Position numbers and translations under genes: made by a program. Shown here in pieces: positions 1 through 12,300 of a DNA stretch of 64,000 nt. The notes beneath the pieces were generated by a model that saw nothing but the letters and a program-made list of their open reading frames with translations, was not told where the DNA came from and ran no database searches. The DNA is from Balanoglossus misakiensis (lineage: Eukaryota; Animalia; Hemichordata). The stretch covers positions 1,816,247 to 1,880,246 of the forward strand of contig CM082594.2 of the NCBI GenBank assembly GCA_040954595.2. Reading direction: 5' to 3'. The stretch's first letter is position 1. Every line of letters starts with the position of its first letter.

Positions 1-705
1 GTAGCCCAATGTAGGCGTACGGCGTGTGGAGCACCCGGGCGCGGCACTCGTGCGATTGATCGATGTTGTGTCGAAATCAAGCCAGTAATTAAGATAAAAC
101 TTGGCTAATATGTTACCTTAGAGTGTTATACACTATCCAGTAACTTTTACTTGACAAGTGTCTTTTAGAAACCATTTTCCCCACGATAAACGCGTCGTTT
201 CACGAGCAACGCAACACTTCCGTATTTACAAGCCGAACATTGAGAGGTCAACGTAGGGCCTATACTTCCGGGTCATATCGTCGAAGTACATCGATTATTT
301 TTAAGCTGAACGTTACACAGGCATTTCGAATTAATTTCTTTTCACGGATGTTGGGACCGATATTAGACCTATCTGTCACGAAAACTTGGTTAACTTCCGA
401 GGTCGACTTCAAATGATTTTTGGCACGTTTGTGGACGTCTCTTCCGAGGTCACCAACATACCACCGAAAACACGTTAAAAACTACTACTATTACCGACAG
501 ATTCTCATAATATTCACGTCTGCAGTGTAAAATGGGAATCACTTTTGTAATTTATCGAGCTAGCATGGTATTTTATTGTATCAAGGAGTGTAAAAATCAA
601 GTTGAAAATCACCTTGAAAACTGGCCTATTGCCGTCTGTTTGAAAGTTAATGGTCGGTGGCTTGACGAACTTTAATATGCAAATGAGCACCATGCGATCT
701 GACTG

Positions 706-967
706 CGTGTCGATAAGTAAGAAAAACTACGTATCCACACGACCATCGTGTCGATAACGTGTTTTTTTTGCTTATCGACACGATAGTGATCGTGCAAATA
801 AGCTGAAAATGCTTCTTATTGACACGATCACCGTGTCGATAAGCAAAAAAACACACGTTATCGACACGACCATCGAGTCGATAGGTAAGGAAAACTACAT
901 TATCGACACGATCATCGTGTCGATAAAGCATTTTTTTTCCCTTATCCACACGACGATCGTGTCGATA
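706..967. repeat. Array of ~6.5 palindromic 25-bp units (TATCGACACG-N5-CGTGTCGATA) with ~17-bp A/T-tract spacers, period ~42 bp
   Basis: Full units start at 732, 773, 817, 859, 901 and 943, with a half unit at 706. The last four are exactly 42 bp apart. Confidence 0.9.
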
Positions 968-1154
968 GGCGCAAACCAGACAAATGGCATTCAGACGTAC
1001 CAATAACAATTTTAATGAACATTAAAATATTTTAGAAGAACATTAAAACAGCAAAGGTGAAAAAACGCAATTCAGTCTCTCAAAATTAATAACAAAGTGT
1101 TCGATCGCGGCCCCCATCACCGGCGGTGCCCCATACCCGGAAGTCTCGCTAAGA

Positions 1155-2242
1155 CTACTCGCTATCCGAATCAAACATCACAAACGGACGCGGACGTTTC
1201 CTTGCGGCTCCAGCTCCAGCCGTCGATGGCATGCACATATGTATAGTGCAGTTGTTAAAAACTATGGCTGGAGCTGCTTGTTGTTTGAATGGACCGGGTT
1301 TTGTGTCTTCAGGAGTGCTACTGCTGGGCTTGCTTAGAATTGCTGAAATGCGCCGGTGATCCTCAATCGAAACGGTGTCGTAGTGTTGTAGACTGGAGAC
1401 GTTTTTGTGTCCGGTTATTTTTATTATCTGCTGTGGTGGGATTCCTGCCTTCGTCTGTGTTTGAACGGTTGTCTTCCGTACAGAGTGATTTGTTTTTCGC
1501 CCACCAAACGGCACGACGATCTCCATATGTTCCATCGCGTGTTTTGGTATCGCGTTCCCGGAACTCTAAAAAATCGAGGCCAGAGCTATCCCTTTGGATA
1601 GTGATGTCTCCGAAGCACAGTTTTCTGTGCTCGTCCCGACCGCGTAGACCGAAGTGCTTCGTGAATAAATACCACAGAGTGAAATTCAAGGTGTCACCGT
1701 CAGCGCTGCCAAGTTTGCCTTCTTTCCACATTGCCTCCTCTTCTTCTGGAGATATAGCTTCACTAGCATGACTGCCAGAGCCCATGCCAGACTTCTTTAG
1801 CTGCATCCGTTTAGCTTTAATTGCGTCATTTGTCAACGCGAAGCTCTTGTCATTCAACAACACCCCATAGTTGTTTTGCCCATAGTTGTTTTGCGCTATA
1901 CTTTACATCTGAAACAGAGCCTGGTTCGTAGTCAGTGCCGTCAGCTTTTTTGAGATTGACGAAGAATGTTGCTAGATATTCGTTCAACGTCTTGGGTGGT
2001 ATTTCCGCTAAGTTGCGAGTGTCCCCGTATTTGTTCTCAATGAAACGCCGTACCTTTGCTACGTCTCGCTCAGTCGTACGAACCGTGCTCGGTTTTCTTT
2101 GCGATTTGATGAAATCGTTCACACTTGCCAAATCATCTTCACCAACTGTTGCCTCGCTTTCTCCTTCGAGTCCGAAAAGTAAAACATCTAATTCGTCTTT
2201 TGGAATTTCTTCCATCCACCGGATAATATCGTCCGCTGCCAT
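1155..2242 (-). pseudogene. Crypton-type tyrosine recombinase (DUF3504/ZMYM-like), copy 1; frameshifted and with a 224-bp internal deletion
   Basis: Same sequence as 9561-10872 but lacks the equivalent of 9916-10139 (junction at 1509/1510, AC microhomology). Retains GLRGRDEH and, out of frame, NHSVR...GHK...HY. Confidence 0.88.
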
Positions 2243-2683
2243 AATTTATCGTACTCAGCGCAGTGAAGTGGAGCAGACGACAACTTTCGAATCTCGCGCA
2301 ATAAAAACAAAAGTAGATCCGGATATTGAACGTGTCTTCCAAATATGGTCACCGGGCCGGGGCGTATTATGCAGCACAAAGGTCAAAAGGTAACTTCGAG
2401 ATTTCACATCTTCAGTGATTCATAAGTGACGTTAATCTTAGATTGTATTTCAAGGTCAGTGTGAATTATTCTTATGGCGTCACAATGTCGTAGTGTGTTT
2501 GCGTCCAAGAGATGGAGGAGAATGAGCTGAGGGGAACCAGAGAGAGGGGGAGACAGGCAGACAGAATTAGCCGCACACAGGTTTGAAGTTGCCATGTTAT
2601 TTCAATTTAGAAAAGGGTTTTCAGCTACTTTGTGCATGAGAACAGGTCTAATAGTTTATGACACTTTTCATTTCTCCTTGCAG

Positions 2684-3261
2684 AGGCAGAAAATAAGAAA
2701 CAGGCAGAAAGTAAGAAAAAGGAAAACAAAAATGTTACTTTCAGTGAAAATACAACGGTCTACGTTTTGTATGAGGAGCTCAAGAAATCTTCTGGTTATG
2801 AACTGGTAAGTGGCGCAATTCGTTGTTGTAATCATTAATGATTTTAGATTCCATTCCCATAGCTTGTATTACATTTTTTCTATGTTTTAACACGTCAGTC
2901 ACACACGCGCGCGCGCACACACACACACACACACCCATACACACAGACAGACAGATAGACAGACAGACAGACGCTCAGACAGACAGACGTACATGCATAG
3001 TTAGCTGGATATGTTTAGCAATCGAATTTGTGAATACATGCACAGGAATTAACCTTGTTTCATGTCCAATCTAAATGTAGAAGTCTGCGAACATGAATAC
3101 GGAAGGCACTGGAGTTCAATCGGGTAAGTGCATTTTGTATTAATTTTAACATTGTTTAGGATATATTGTGTGTTTTTCACCATTATATACAGTTTAGTGG
3201 TAAGTTTACTGACGTTTCATTTTTCGATTGTGTAATTCCAGGAAATCAAACCCTTGAATGA
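2684..3261 (+). CDS. Three putative 3' coding exons of an unknown gene fragment (2684-2805, 3081-3123, 3242-3261), repeated in copy 2 from ~11314
   Basis: Acceptors TTGCAG, TGTAG and TTCCAG with two GTAAGT donors. Phases join into ...EAENKKQAESKKKENKNVTFSENTTVYVLYEELKKSSGYELKSANMNTEGTGVQSGNQTLE*. Confidence 0.45.
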
Positions 3262-4160
3262 TTTAGCACCCCCAAAGCACACATGGGTACAACAGGCACA
3301 TGGTCCAGGGCCGATCGACAGGAGAACCGCCATAATGAAATAACATTCCACTAAATAAAATATCACACTCCGTATATACAAGCTCTCCATTCATTAAATA
3401 AGTCTTCGATAGTTTTAGTGTCGCCTGGTGAAATTATGCCCACGTCACGACTCTGGGGACCAGTGCTAATAAATTCGACATTGTAGCTGAGATAGCGTTG
3501 GTGGGCATGGTCAACATATCCGATACCATAGTGGGCAATGAGGGTAGAAATAACCAAGTTAATCGCGATTTCGTTCAATTTAGGCCTACTACGATAACTA
3601 TATACATTGTATGTACTGTGAATTTAGAACAGTTAAAACGGTTTCCCTTGGTTACAGGATGTTTGCTTTCATGTGACCGACGCCCTCTCAAAAAGATAAG
3701 TTTCTCTTGTAACGGACTTTGATAGTATTGATTAAAATGTCGGATTGGTGGGAAATGGAAAAATCCATATATTGAGTATTCTCTTACTTAATTCGGTCAA
3801 TAACCTTGTCTTATAGCATTAATCACGATATAAATACATGCAATTCGATGCAAGTCGCACAGTTTTATTGTATAGAGTTGTGAGGTGGGACGGTAAGGAA
3901 GAGCCGGCCACCATAGCGTGTCTATACCATGGTCTTCGTAGATGCCCTATCCTGATATCAGCGAAGAGCACTGTACCCGATTTGCACGCACGGGGGACTT
4001 TTGGTGATAACACAAAACTCTGCATGAACTTTACACCAATGAAAAAAGATCGCCATTTCCAAGAGAGTACATGGCACGGCCGGAGATTATTACGTTGTTC
4101 ACTGCCATGGGGAAAATAGTCAAATTGGATATAAAAAAGGCACAGACTTGGCACTGTTAA

Positions 4161-4453
4161 AGCGCGTAGCTCATCTCACAGGCATATTCCAGCTGTAGCC
4201 GCTGGTTACAGGCGTTTAGTGAACAGTCAATCCCATGAGGCTGCTCTGTCCTAACGACAGAGAAGATGGCGGCGACCATAATCTGTGTCGGAGATCGTGA
4301 AAAGACACCAGCTTGGGTGAAAAGGAGGGACAAAACCAGAATCTATACTTATACTGTGCGCATGAAAAATGGAAGGAAGCGAAGGCAGTCCACTATTTGA
4401 ATGCATCGAACGGAAAATTGGCTGGGAAGTTACGCGCATGCGCGTGAGACGAG
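4161..4453. mobile_element. ~300-bp MITE with a TTAA-flanked AG.. terminus (Kolobok-like); other copies at 12793-13085 and inverted at 51453-51754
   Basis: Begins TTAA|AGCGCGTAGCTCATCTCAC; the body is the reverse complement of 51453-51754, which has ~26-bp TIRs. Confidence 0.75.
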
Positions 4454-5249
4454 ACACACAACACAGACAATCCACCAAATTTAAATCCCTGGGGACACAA
4501 CAGAGGTACAGGTACAAGATGCTGACTTATTTGTACAAAATCGATGCAAACGTTAATTACATGATCAATGATGATTAATGACGTCATGAGAAATCTATTG
4601 ACTTTTCCATAGCAACAATATCTCCACCCCCGCCTGCCTTGTAACATGCGATAGGTTATATCTTTGGTATTTATTTATTCATTGCTTATTTATCTTTCTC
4701 GTAACACTTGATTGATCGACATACATTGTAAGTTGTACACCTTGCTGTATCTGTACATTCCAGCCATATTTTTCACTACAGGTTGAAATTTAAATTTATC
4801 AAAACAGTCTTCTGGTGTTTTTGTGAGCCGAATGAGAAGCTGACTACGCATGCGCCACGATGTTTTTTGAAATGTTATCACATACATTAGAATCATATTC
4901 ATTCACTCGTTTGTGAAATGTGAAATGCCATGCATTCCGAATGCCTTTTCACTATCTGACATTTTGTTTAATATCTCTCTTAGAATCACCCCCCCCCCCC
5001 AAAAAAAAAAATCTCTTTAGACTTAAATGATGAAAACATACTGGTCTGAATGCTGCACATGCGCGATGAACGGCAGTGTGGCGTTTGGATTAACACTGAA
5101 TAATTTACTAACATAATTTTGAACCGTAGCGATTACAGTCCACACCACGTGGAAGCAGGGTATATGATAAAAAGGGCACAACACCCTGGTTTTTATAAAG
5201 GGTCAAAGTCCTGAAATATTGTCCTTGTTCACATTCGTTACTATGATTA

Positions 5250-5271
5250 GGTAGTAGTAGTAGAAGTAGTA

Positions 5272-5305
<34 letters not shown>

Positions 5306-5312
5306 ATGATGA

Positions 5313-5358
<46 letters not shown>
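5250..5358. repeat. Compound (GTA)n/(GTT)n/(GAT)n microsatellite; shorter allele at ~13882-13966
   Basis: Direct reading; it explains the poly-Q shadow ORFs. Confidence 0.95.
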
Positions 5359-5360
<2 letters not shown>

Positions 5361-6744
5361 CAATTAATTACAAAACATGAATCGCTATGAAATTGATGAG
5401 TCGTATGCCCATGGCTGTTAGTATAAATAATTAAAACAAAATGTCGAATCGTTAAATTTATTGTGGTACTAAATGGATTTGCATGACATGCCAATTTTGT
5501 AAATGTTCATGATGGAACTCGTATGTGTTCTTGGTCAAATTCGCGACGCACAATTCTCTGGAGGTTTTTTTTTACACAGAAGAAATGGACAACACCACGT
5601 GTAGAGGGCGCCATGTGTTGGAGAAGCAGTGACTAGTGCGTTCTAGTCAGTTGTTGCCGTGTTACCGCATGGGGTGTAATCTCAAGCCAGATTCTGAATA
5701 ACGCATGATTTTCGATTGGCGGTACGTAGCTTTGGTAAACGATGGTTAATAGCAGAAATGCTGCGTTGTTATGACAACAGACCAGTACAAGGAATAACCC
5801 GGAACTGTTTTCTGTTTAATCTTGGTGGGAATAATATGGCAGACGTTTCACATAATACACATCGTTTTATTTCATTGTCACTAGTTTTTTTATATTCCAT
5901 TTCCTAAAACAACATCATTGCGTGTGAAGTTGTAAGAGGAAATTGCTAATTATACATTGGATTGTGAAAGTGTTAAATCAAAACGTGCAAGGAGACGCCA
6001 TTACAAGTGCCTCATCTCACTAGCCATTATAATTAACCATACGAATATCAGGATGGTAATCCTTGCAATAGTAGTGGTCGCGTTCGTCACATCGTTGGAA
6101 AGAGCAGTATTGAACCGGGCTTGAAAATGTCACTTTTCGGCCTGTTGGACCACAGTACAAACCGTTGGCAAGGCGGTCCGGACACTTTAATATTAAAAAT
6201 ACAACGCCATATTAAGGTATAGGATGCTATGCAGGAATTGAGATCTCTTTATTAATAATGGAACTCAATACGTATTGACTTGTATTTTATAACGCTATTA
6301 TTCGTCACGTAAACCTACCATGTTTAAAAAAATACAACTTACGTTTTAGGGGAGTTTTTAAACATACTAAACGTTAATTGGATTTCAAAAGCAATTTAAC
6401 AGCTTATATCATGTCGATTCATGCAAAGTACACTGTTGTTCACTTCTTGAAGACAGAGAGGGATGTTAAAGATACGACATACAAAAATCGTTTACTTACA
6501 TCAACTGAACTACATATGACATGTAAGATATCGTCCTCGGAAAATTCTAATGTACATTCTAAACACTCCTCGCTTCTTTCTTCTTCTAACAAGTGTCCCT
6601 GAAATGAAAAATATACCTCCTTTTAGCATTATTTTTAAGTTCATGTTATTTTCGATAAACGATAACAACATTCAGTTACTAGACAGAGTCAGATGATATC
6701 CACACACTCTGATCGAGGCGACCAACAAGCACTCAGCGACGGAC

Positions 6745-6917
6745 GGACATACAGACAAGACAGACAGGCAGAGTGAGAGACAGACAGACAGGCAGGCAGA
6801 GTGACTGGCGGACAGGCAGGCAGAGTGACAGAAAGACAGACAGACAGGAAGGCAGAGTGACAGACAGACAAACAGACAGACAGGCAGAGGGACAGACAGA
6901 CAGACAGACAGACAGAA
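6745..6917. repeat. Degenerate (GACA)n microsatellite; also at ~15355-15525 and ~2940-2990
   Basis: Direct reading. Confidence 0.9.
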
Positions 6918-7093
6918 ACAATGTGACTAGTTTTCTTTTACTTTGGCTACGCTTAAAGGGAGACACACATACAAACCACATCGATCTTGTCCACTTGATC
7001 CACCAGCACGGACATCAGCCTGAATGTATGTGTCGGTCTAGACTCTCTCACAACACCTCTCGTCGTCCGTGCAGGCTTATGGTCTGATTGCAT

Positions 7094-7337
7094 CCTTCCT
7101 TTCAAAAATTTACCCAGCTTTTACAGTCTCAAAACACAACTATTGTGTGCAATTTTTCAAAATTTATCTACTATGCCATGAAGATGCGTTCCGAGACTGT
7201 TGAGGAACTTTCAACCGTGTAATACTGATTGTACTTGTTTCTAGTTGAGTGTCCCTCTGTACTTTTCTTTGTATGACTTTTGTGAATACTAGGAGGCCGG
7301 AGGCCTACAGTATCCGAATAAATCATTATTATTATTA
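7094..7337 (+). mobile_element. 5'-truncated LINE 3' end present only in duplication copy 1
   Basis: Absent at the equivalent site ~15700 (TGATTGCATGTGTG) and flanked by a GCAT duplication. Encodes an ORF2-like C-terminus (PSFQKFTQLLQSQNTTIVCNFSKFIYYAMKMR...*), then AATAAA and an (ATT)n tail. Confidence 0.8.
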
Positions 7338-7380
7338 GCATGTGTGCCCGGCAGGGGGGGGGGGGGGGCGACTCATGAAC

Positions 7381-7396
7381 GCTGCCCTCTAGTGGC
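7381..7396 (-). promoter_or_regulatory. CTCF-like motif (CCACTAGAGGGCAGC on the minus strand), duplicated at ~15737
   Basis: Matches the CCACYAGRKGGCAG consensus; function is untested. Confidence 0.35.
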
Positions 7397-8853
7397 TACT
7401 AAATTGACCAACCAGAGTGCGGCATTCTGGCTCACTCATATGCGCGTTTTGTCGACAGTAAAGGCTCGAAAAAAACTGTTTTTGAACAGAATGTGATCAT
7501 CGAAATAAATCACGATCACAAATTTAGAAAGTTACATTATGTGTGGAACACCAGACATTTTTTCCCGTACATGACCGATCATTTTCACACTTTGTCGGCC
7601 GATAAACGTAGTGCCAATGTAGGCTGATAAACACCAGTGCCGAAAGGCGGTTTTCAAACTACCGATCATTTCAAACTCTGTCGATCTTTTTAATAATAAG
7701 CCAAAGAGCGTAGTGCAGTACCGTACCGAAAGGCCGTTTTCAAACTACCGATCTTTTTCATAATAAGCCGATATGACGTGACCGACACACGATGGAGCTC
7801 CGTTTGAGCCAGACAATAGTCCCAGACACCAATACGACAAGTAGACAATTGAAAATCACAAAGAAAATATGTTTTTTTTGGGGGGGGTCAGAACCTTTGT
7901 AAAAGTAAGGCTTCGAGGTATGAAAAGCGATATCACATCAACATGTCACGAAAATTCAATTCACCCACGAGGAGACGCTCACGCTACGTATACTGCATCA
8001 TACGAAGGTTCAGGAGCTATGCACTAGTCAGGCGTGTGCGCTATACTATACATGCTATAGAACGGAATTGTTGCACTTGTAATCAGGGGCGATTTTGCAA
8101 AGACCCATGGGAAAACACACCATTTTTCTAAAATAGTCAGAATATATATTGAAATTACCAAAATCGTTTCAAAATGTTACAATTATTTTTTATAAGAAAG
8201 TGCTGCACATCTTAAAACACTATAAATTCGATGTCTATTATTTTTCCAAATTTCGGGTCACTGTAAGTTTTATCAGTTTTTCGCAAGGTTTATCAAGATA
8301 TTTCGGTAAAATGTGTCGTTTAATAGCTTAAACTACAAACTATCGATAAATGGTGAAAATGACTGGTAAAATACGATAATTCCGACGTAAATAAGCTTAG
8401 AAAATTACGTGGGAAATCAGCTCACCACTTCCGCATTTGAAAACAAGATAACGTTGGGGGCGCTGCAAAGTTTAGAAAACACCGTGATTAACGGTCATTT
8501 GACGAGCTAGAGTTCGCACTGATATGCGAGGTAAGATTTTGACTCAGACGTGGTTTCAAATTGGAATCAGCCTTATTTTCTGTAGTAGAATACACGAATT
8601 TTATCTTGGAAAAACAGTAAAAACTTCAAAAAATAATATGCACACTGAAGTTCTGCTTTCGATCCGAAATTCCTTTCCATTCCGTTCAAAATCCGTGTGG
8701 TGATATAAAAGCAAAACGTGGAACATTTTTTGGATTTGGAGAAACTATTTTTTATTTCGTGTGGCTATTCCGTTTCGTTCCGTAAGCCTCACAAGAATAG
8801 AGAGGTTCGGCTACACGTTATACGTGAACGCGCAACGTCAACGTCAATAATCT

Positions 8854-8969
8854 TTACGGCCCTGATACGGGTTTTGCGGCCCGAGGTCGTACGGCGGAAG
8901 CGCCCGACGGCAGGGAGGGCGCGAATCGCCGTACGACCGAGGGCCGCAAAACCCGTATCAGGGCTGTAA
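8854..8969. repeat. Long GC-rich hairpin, probably a Crypton subterminal inverted repeat
   Basis: TTACGGCCCTGATACGGGTTTTGCGGCCC...GGGCCGCAAAACCCGTATCAGGGCTGTAA, ~600 bp downstream of the copy 2 recombinase stop. Confidence 0.7.
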
Positions 8970-9381
8970 GGGTTTTATCATATGCCTTATTGAACCACAA
9001 TCTACAAGAAATTAATAAAAATACACATTCTGTAATTTTTGGAATGTAGAAATTACGTATTTATCTGCCGTTTTGAAATGATCAATCGCTTAGCATAGAG
9101 CCGTATTCCTCCAGCTCTTGCGGATTGATATGCATGACGTCATTTGTTTACATTTTATACAGACGCGCTCGAGCTCACCCAGCCGATTGCGAGCGAGATA
9201 TTATTTTTTTCCTCGCGACGATCGACGGCGACAGTCACACATTAATCAGATCAAATTTCAAATCATCAATATTACTAAGATATCATATTTGATTTTCCTA
9301 ATAAAGCTCTACAACATGCAGGGATTACGGGAGAGGATGGGATCGGAAGCCATACACAGCCAACACTCAAGTCACTGACAT

Positions 9382-12300
9382 CAGACAAATGGCATTCAGA
9401 ACGTAGCAATAACAATTTTAATGAACATTAAAATATTTTAGAAGAACATTAAAACAGCAAAGGTGAAAAAACGCAATTCAGTCTCTCAAAATTAATAACA
9501 AAGTGTTCGATCGCGGCCCCCATCACCGGCGGTGCCCCATACCCGGAAGTCTCGCTAAGATTACTCGCTATCCGAATCAAACATTACAAACGGACGCGGA
9601 CGTTTCCTTGCGGCTCCAGCTCCAGCCGTCGATGGCATGCACATATGTATAGTGCAGTTGTTAAAAACTGTGGCTGGATCTGCTTGTTGTTTGAATGGAC
9701 CGGGTTTTGTGTCTTCAGGAGTGCTACTGCTGGGCTTGCTTAGAATTGCTGAAATGCGCCGGTGATCCTCAATCGAAACGGTGTCGTAGTGTTGTAGACT
9801 GGAGACGTTTTTGTGCCCGGTTATTTTTATTATCTGCTGTGGTGGGATTCCTGCCTTCGTCTGTGTCTGAAAGGTTGTCTTCCGTACAGAGTGATTTGTT
9901 TTTCGCCCACCAAACTTCATTGCAGCTGCAGCTCGTGGCATAAATGAGGCGATTTTATTTTTCCCCATCGGTCGATCGAAATACCACACGAGTGAGTTGA
10001 TGTCGACTGCGGGTATCGGTTGCAGATAGAATGGGCTGTCCAGGGTACATTTTTCGATCGGGCGGTGTTGAACGTGCTCGCGATAAATTCTGATAGGGTT
10101 TCTGGTAGAATCGGCAACAGAGAAAATGCGAGGTGGTACGGCACGACGATCTCCATATGTTCCATCGCGTGTTTTGGTATCGCGTTCCCGGAACTCTAAA
10201 AAATCGAGGCCAGAGCTATCCCTTTGGATAGTGATGTCTCCGAAGCACAGTTTTCTGTGCTCGTCCCGACCGCGTAGACCGAAGTGCTTCGTGAATAAAT
10301 ACCACAGAGTGAAATTCAAGGTGTCACCGTCAGCGCTGCCAAGTTTGCCTTCTTTCCACATTGCCTCCTCTTCTTCTGGAGATATAGCTTCGCTAGCATG
10401 ACTGCCAGAGCCCATGCCAGACTTCTTTAGCTGCATCCGTTTAGCTTTAATTGCGTCATTTGTCAACGCGAAGCTCTTGTCATTCAACAACACCCCATAG
10501 TTGTTTTGCCCATAGTTGTTTTGCGCTATACTTTACATCTGAAACAGAGCCTGGTTCGTAGTCAGTGCCGTCAGCTTTTTTGAGATTGACGAAGAATGTT
10601 GCTAGATATTCGTTCAACGTCTTGGGTGGTATTTCCGCTAAGTTGCGAGTGTCCCCGTATTTGTTCTCAATGAAACGCCGTACCTTTGCTACGTCTCGCT
10701 CAGTCGTACGAACCGTGCTCGGTTTTCTTTGCGATTTGATGAAATCGTTCACACTTGCCAAATCATCTTCACCAACTGTTGCCTCGCTTTCTCCTTCGAG
10801 TCCGAAAAGTAAAACATCTAATTCGTCTTTTGGAATTTCTTCCATCCACCGGATAATATCGTCCGCTGCCATAATTTATCGTACTCAGCGCAGTGAAGTG
10901 GAGCAGACGACAACTTTCGAATCTCGCGCAATAAAAACAAAAGTAGATCCGGATATTGAACGTGTCTTCCAAATATGGTCACCGGGCCGGGGCGTATTAT
11001 GCAGCACAAAGGTCAAAAGGTAACTTCGAGATTTCACATCTTCAGTGATTCATAAGTGACGTTAATCTTAGATTGTATTTCAAGGTCAGTGTGAATTATT
11101 CTTATGGCGTCACAATGTCGTAGTGTGTTTGCGTCCAAGAGATGGAGGAGAATGAGCTGAGGGGAACCAGAGAGAGGGGGAGACAGGCAGACAGAATTAG
11201 CCGCACACAGGTTTGAAGTTGCCATGTTATTTCAATTTAGAAAAGGGTTTTCAGCTACTTTGTGCATGAGAACAGGTCTAATAGTTTATGACACTTTTCA
11301 TTTCTCCTTGCAGAGGCAGAAAATAAGAAACAGGCAGAAAGTAAGAAAAAGGAAAACAAAAATGTTACTTTCAGTGAAAATACAACGGTCTACGTTTTGT
11401 ATGAGGAGCTCAAGAAATCTTCTGGTTATGAACTGGTAAGTGGCGCAATTCGTTGTTGTAACCATTAATGATTTTAGATTCCATTCCCATAGCTTGTATT
11501 ACATTTTTTCTATGTTTTAACACGTCAGTCACACACGCGCGCGCGCACACACACACACACACCCATACACACAGACAGACAGATAGATAGACAGACAGAC
11601 AGACGCTCAGACAGACAGACGTACATGCATAGTTAGCTGGATATGTTTAGCAATCAAATTTGTGAATACATGCACAGGAATTAACCTTGTTTCATGTCCA
11701 ATCTAAATGTAGGAGTCTGCGAACATGAATACGGAAGGCACTGGAGTTCAATCGGGTAAGTGCATTTTGTATTAATTTTAACATTGTTTAGGATATATTG
11801 TGTGTTTTTCACCATTATATACAGTTTAGTGGTAAGTTTACTGACGTTTCATTTTTCGATTGTGTAATTCCAGGAAATCAAACCCTTGAATGATTTAGCA
11901 CCCCCAAAGCACACATGGGTACAACAGGCACATGGTCCAGGGCCGATCGACAGGAGAACCGCCACAATGAAATAACATTCCACTAAATAAAATATCACAC
12001 TCCGTATATACAAGCTCTCCATTCATTAAATAAGTCTTCGATAGTTTTAGTGTCGCCTGGTGAAATTATGCCCACGTCACGACTCTGGGGACCAGTGCTA
12101 ATAAATTCGACATTGTAGCTGAGATAGCGTTGGTGGGCATGGTCAACATATCCGATACCATAGTGGGCAATGAGGGTTGAAATAACCAAGTTAATCGCGA
12201 TTTCGTTCAATTTAGGCCTACTACGATAACTATATACATTGTATGTACTGTGAATTTAGAACAGTTAAAACGGTTTCCCTTGGTTACAGGATGTTTGCTT

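Larger units (their letters stand above)
977..8799. repeat. Segmental duplication, copy 1 (~7.8 kb)
   Basis: Near-identical to 9382-17149 from CAGACAAATGGCATTCAG to CCTCACAAGAATA; the ORF track repeats with an ~8.4-8.6 kb offset. Confidence 0.97.

Noticed and set aside
706-967. CRISPR array
   Set aside because: The context is eukaryotic with no cas genes, and the spacers are only ~17 bp, low-complexity and related to each other.
5108-5494. Poly-Q protein ORF (also 13741-14103)
   Set aside because: It is a translation of a (GTT)n microsatellite.
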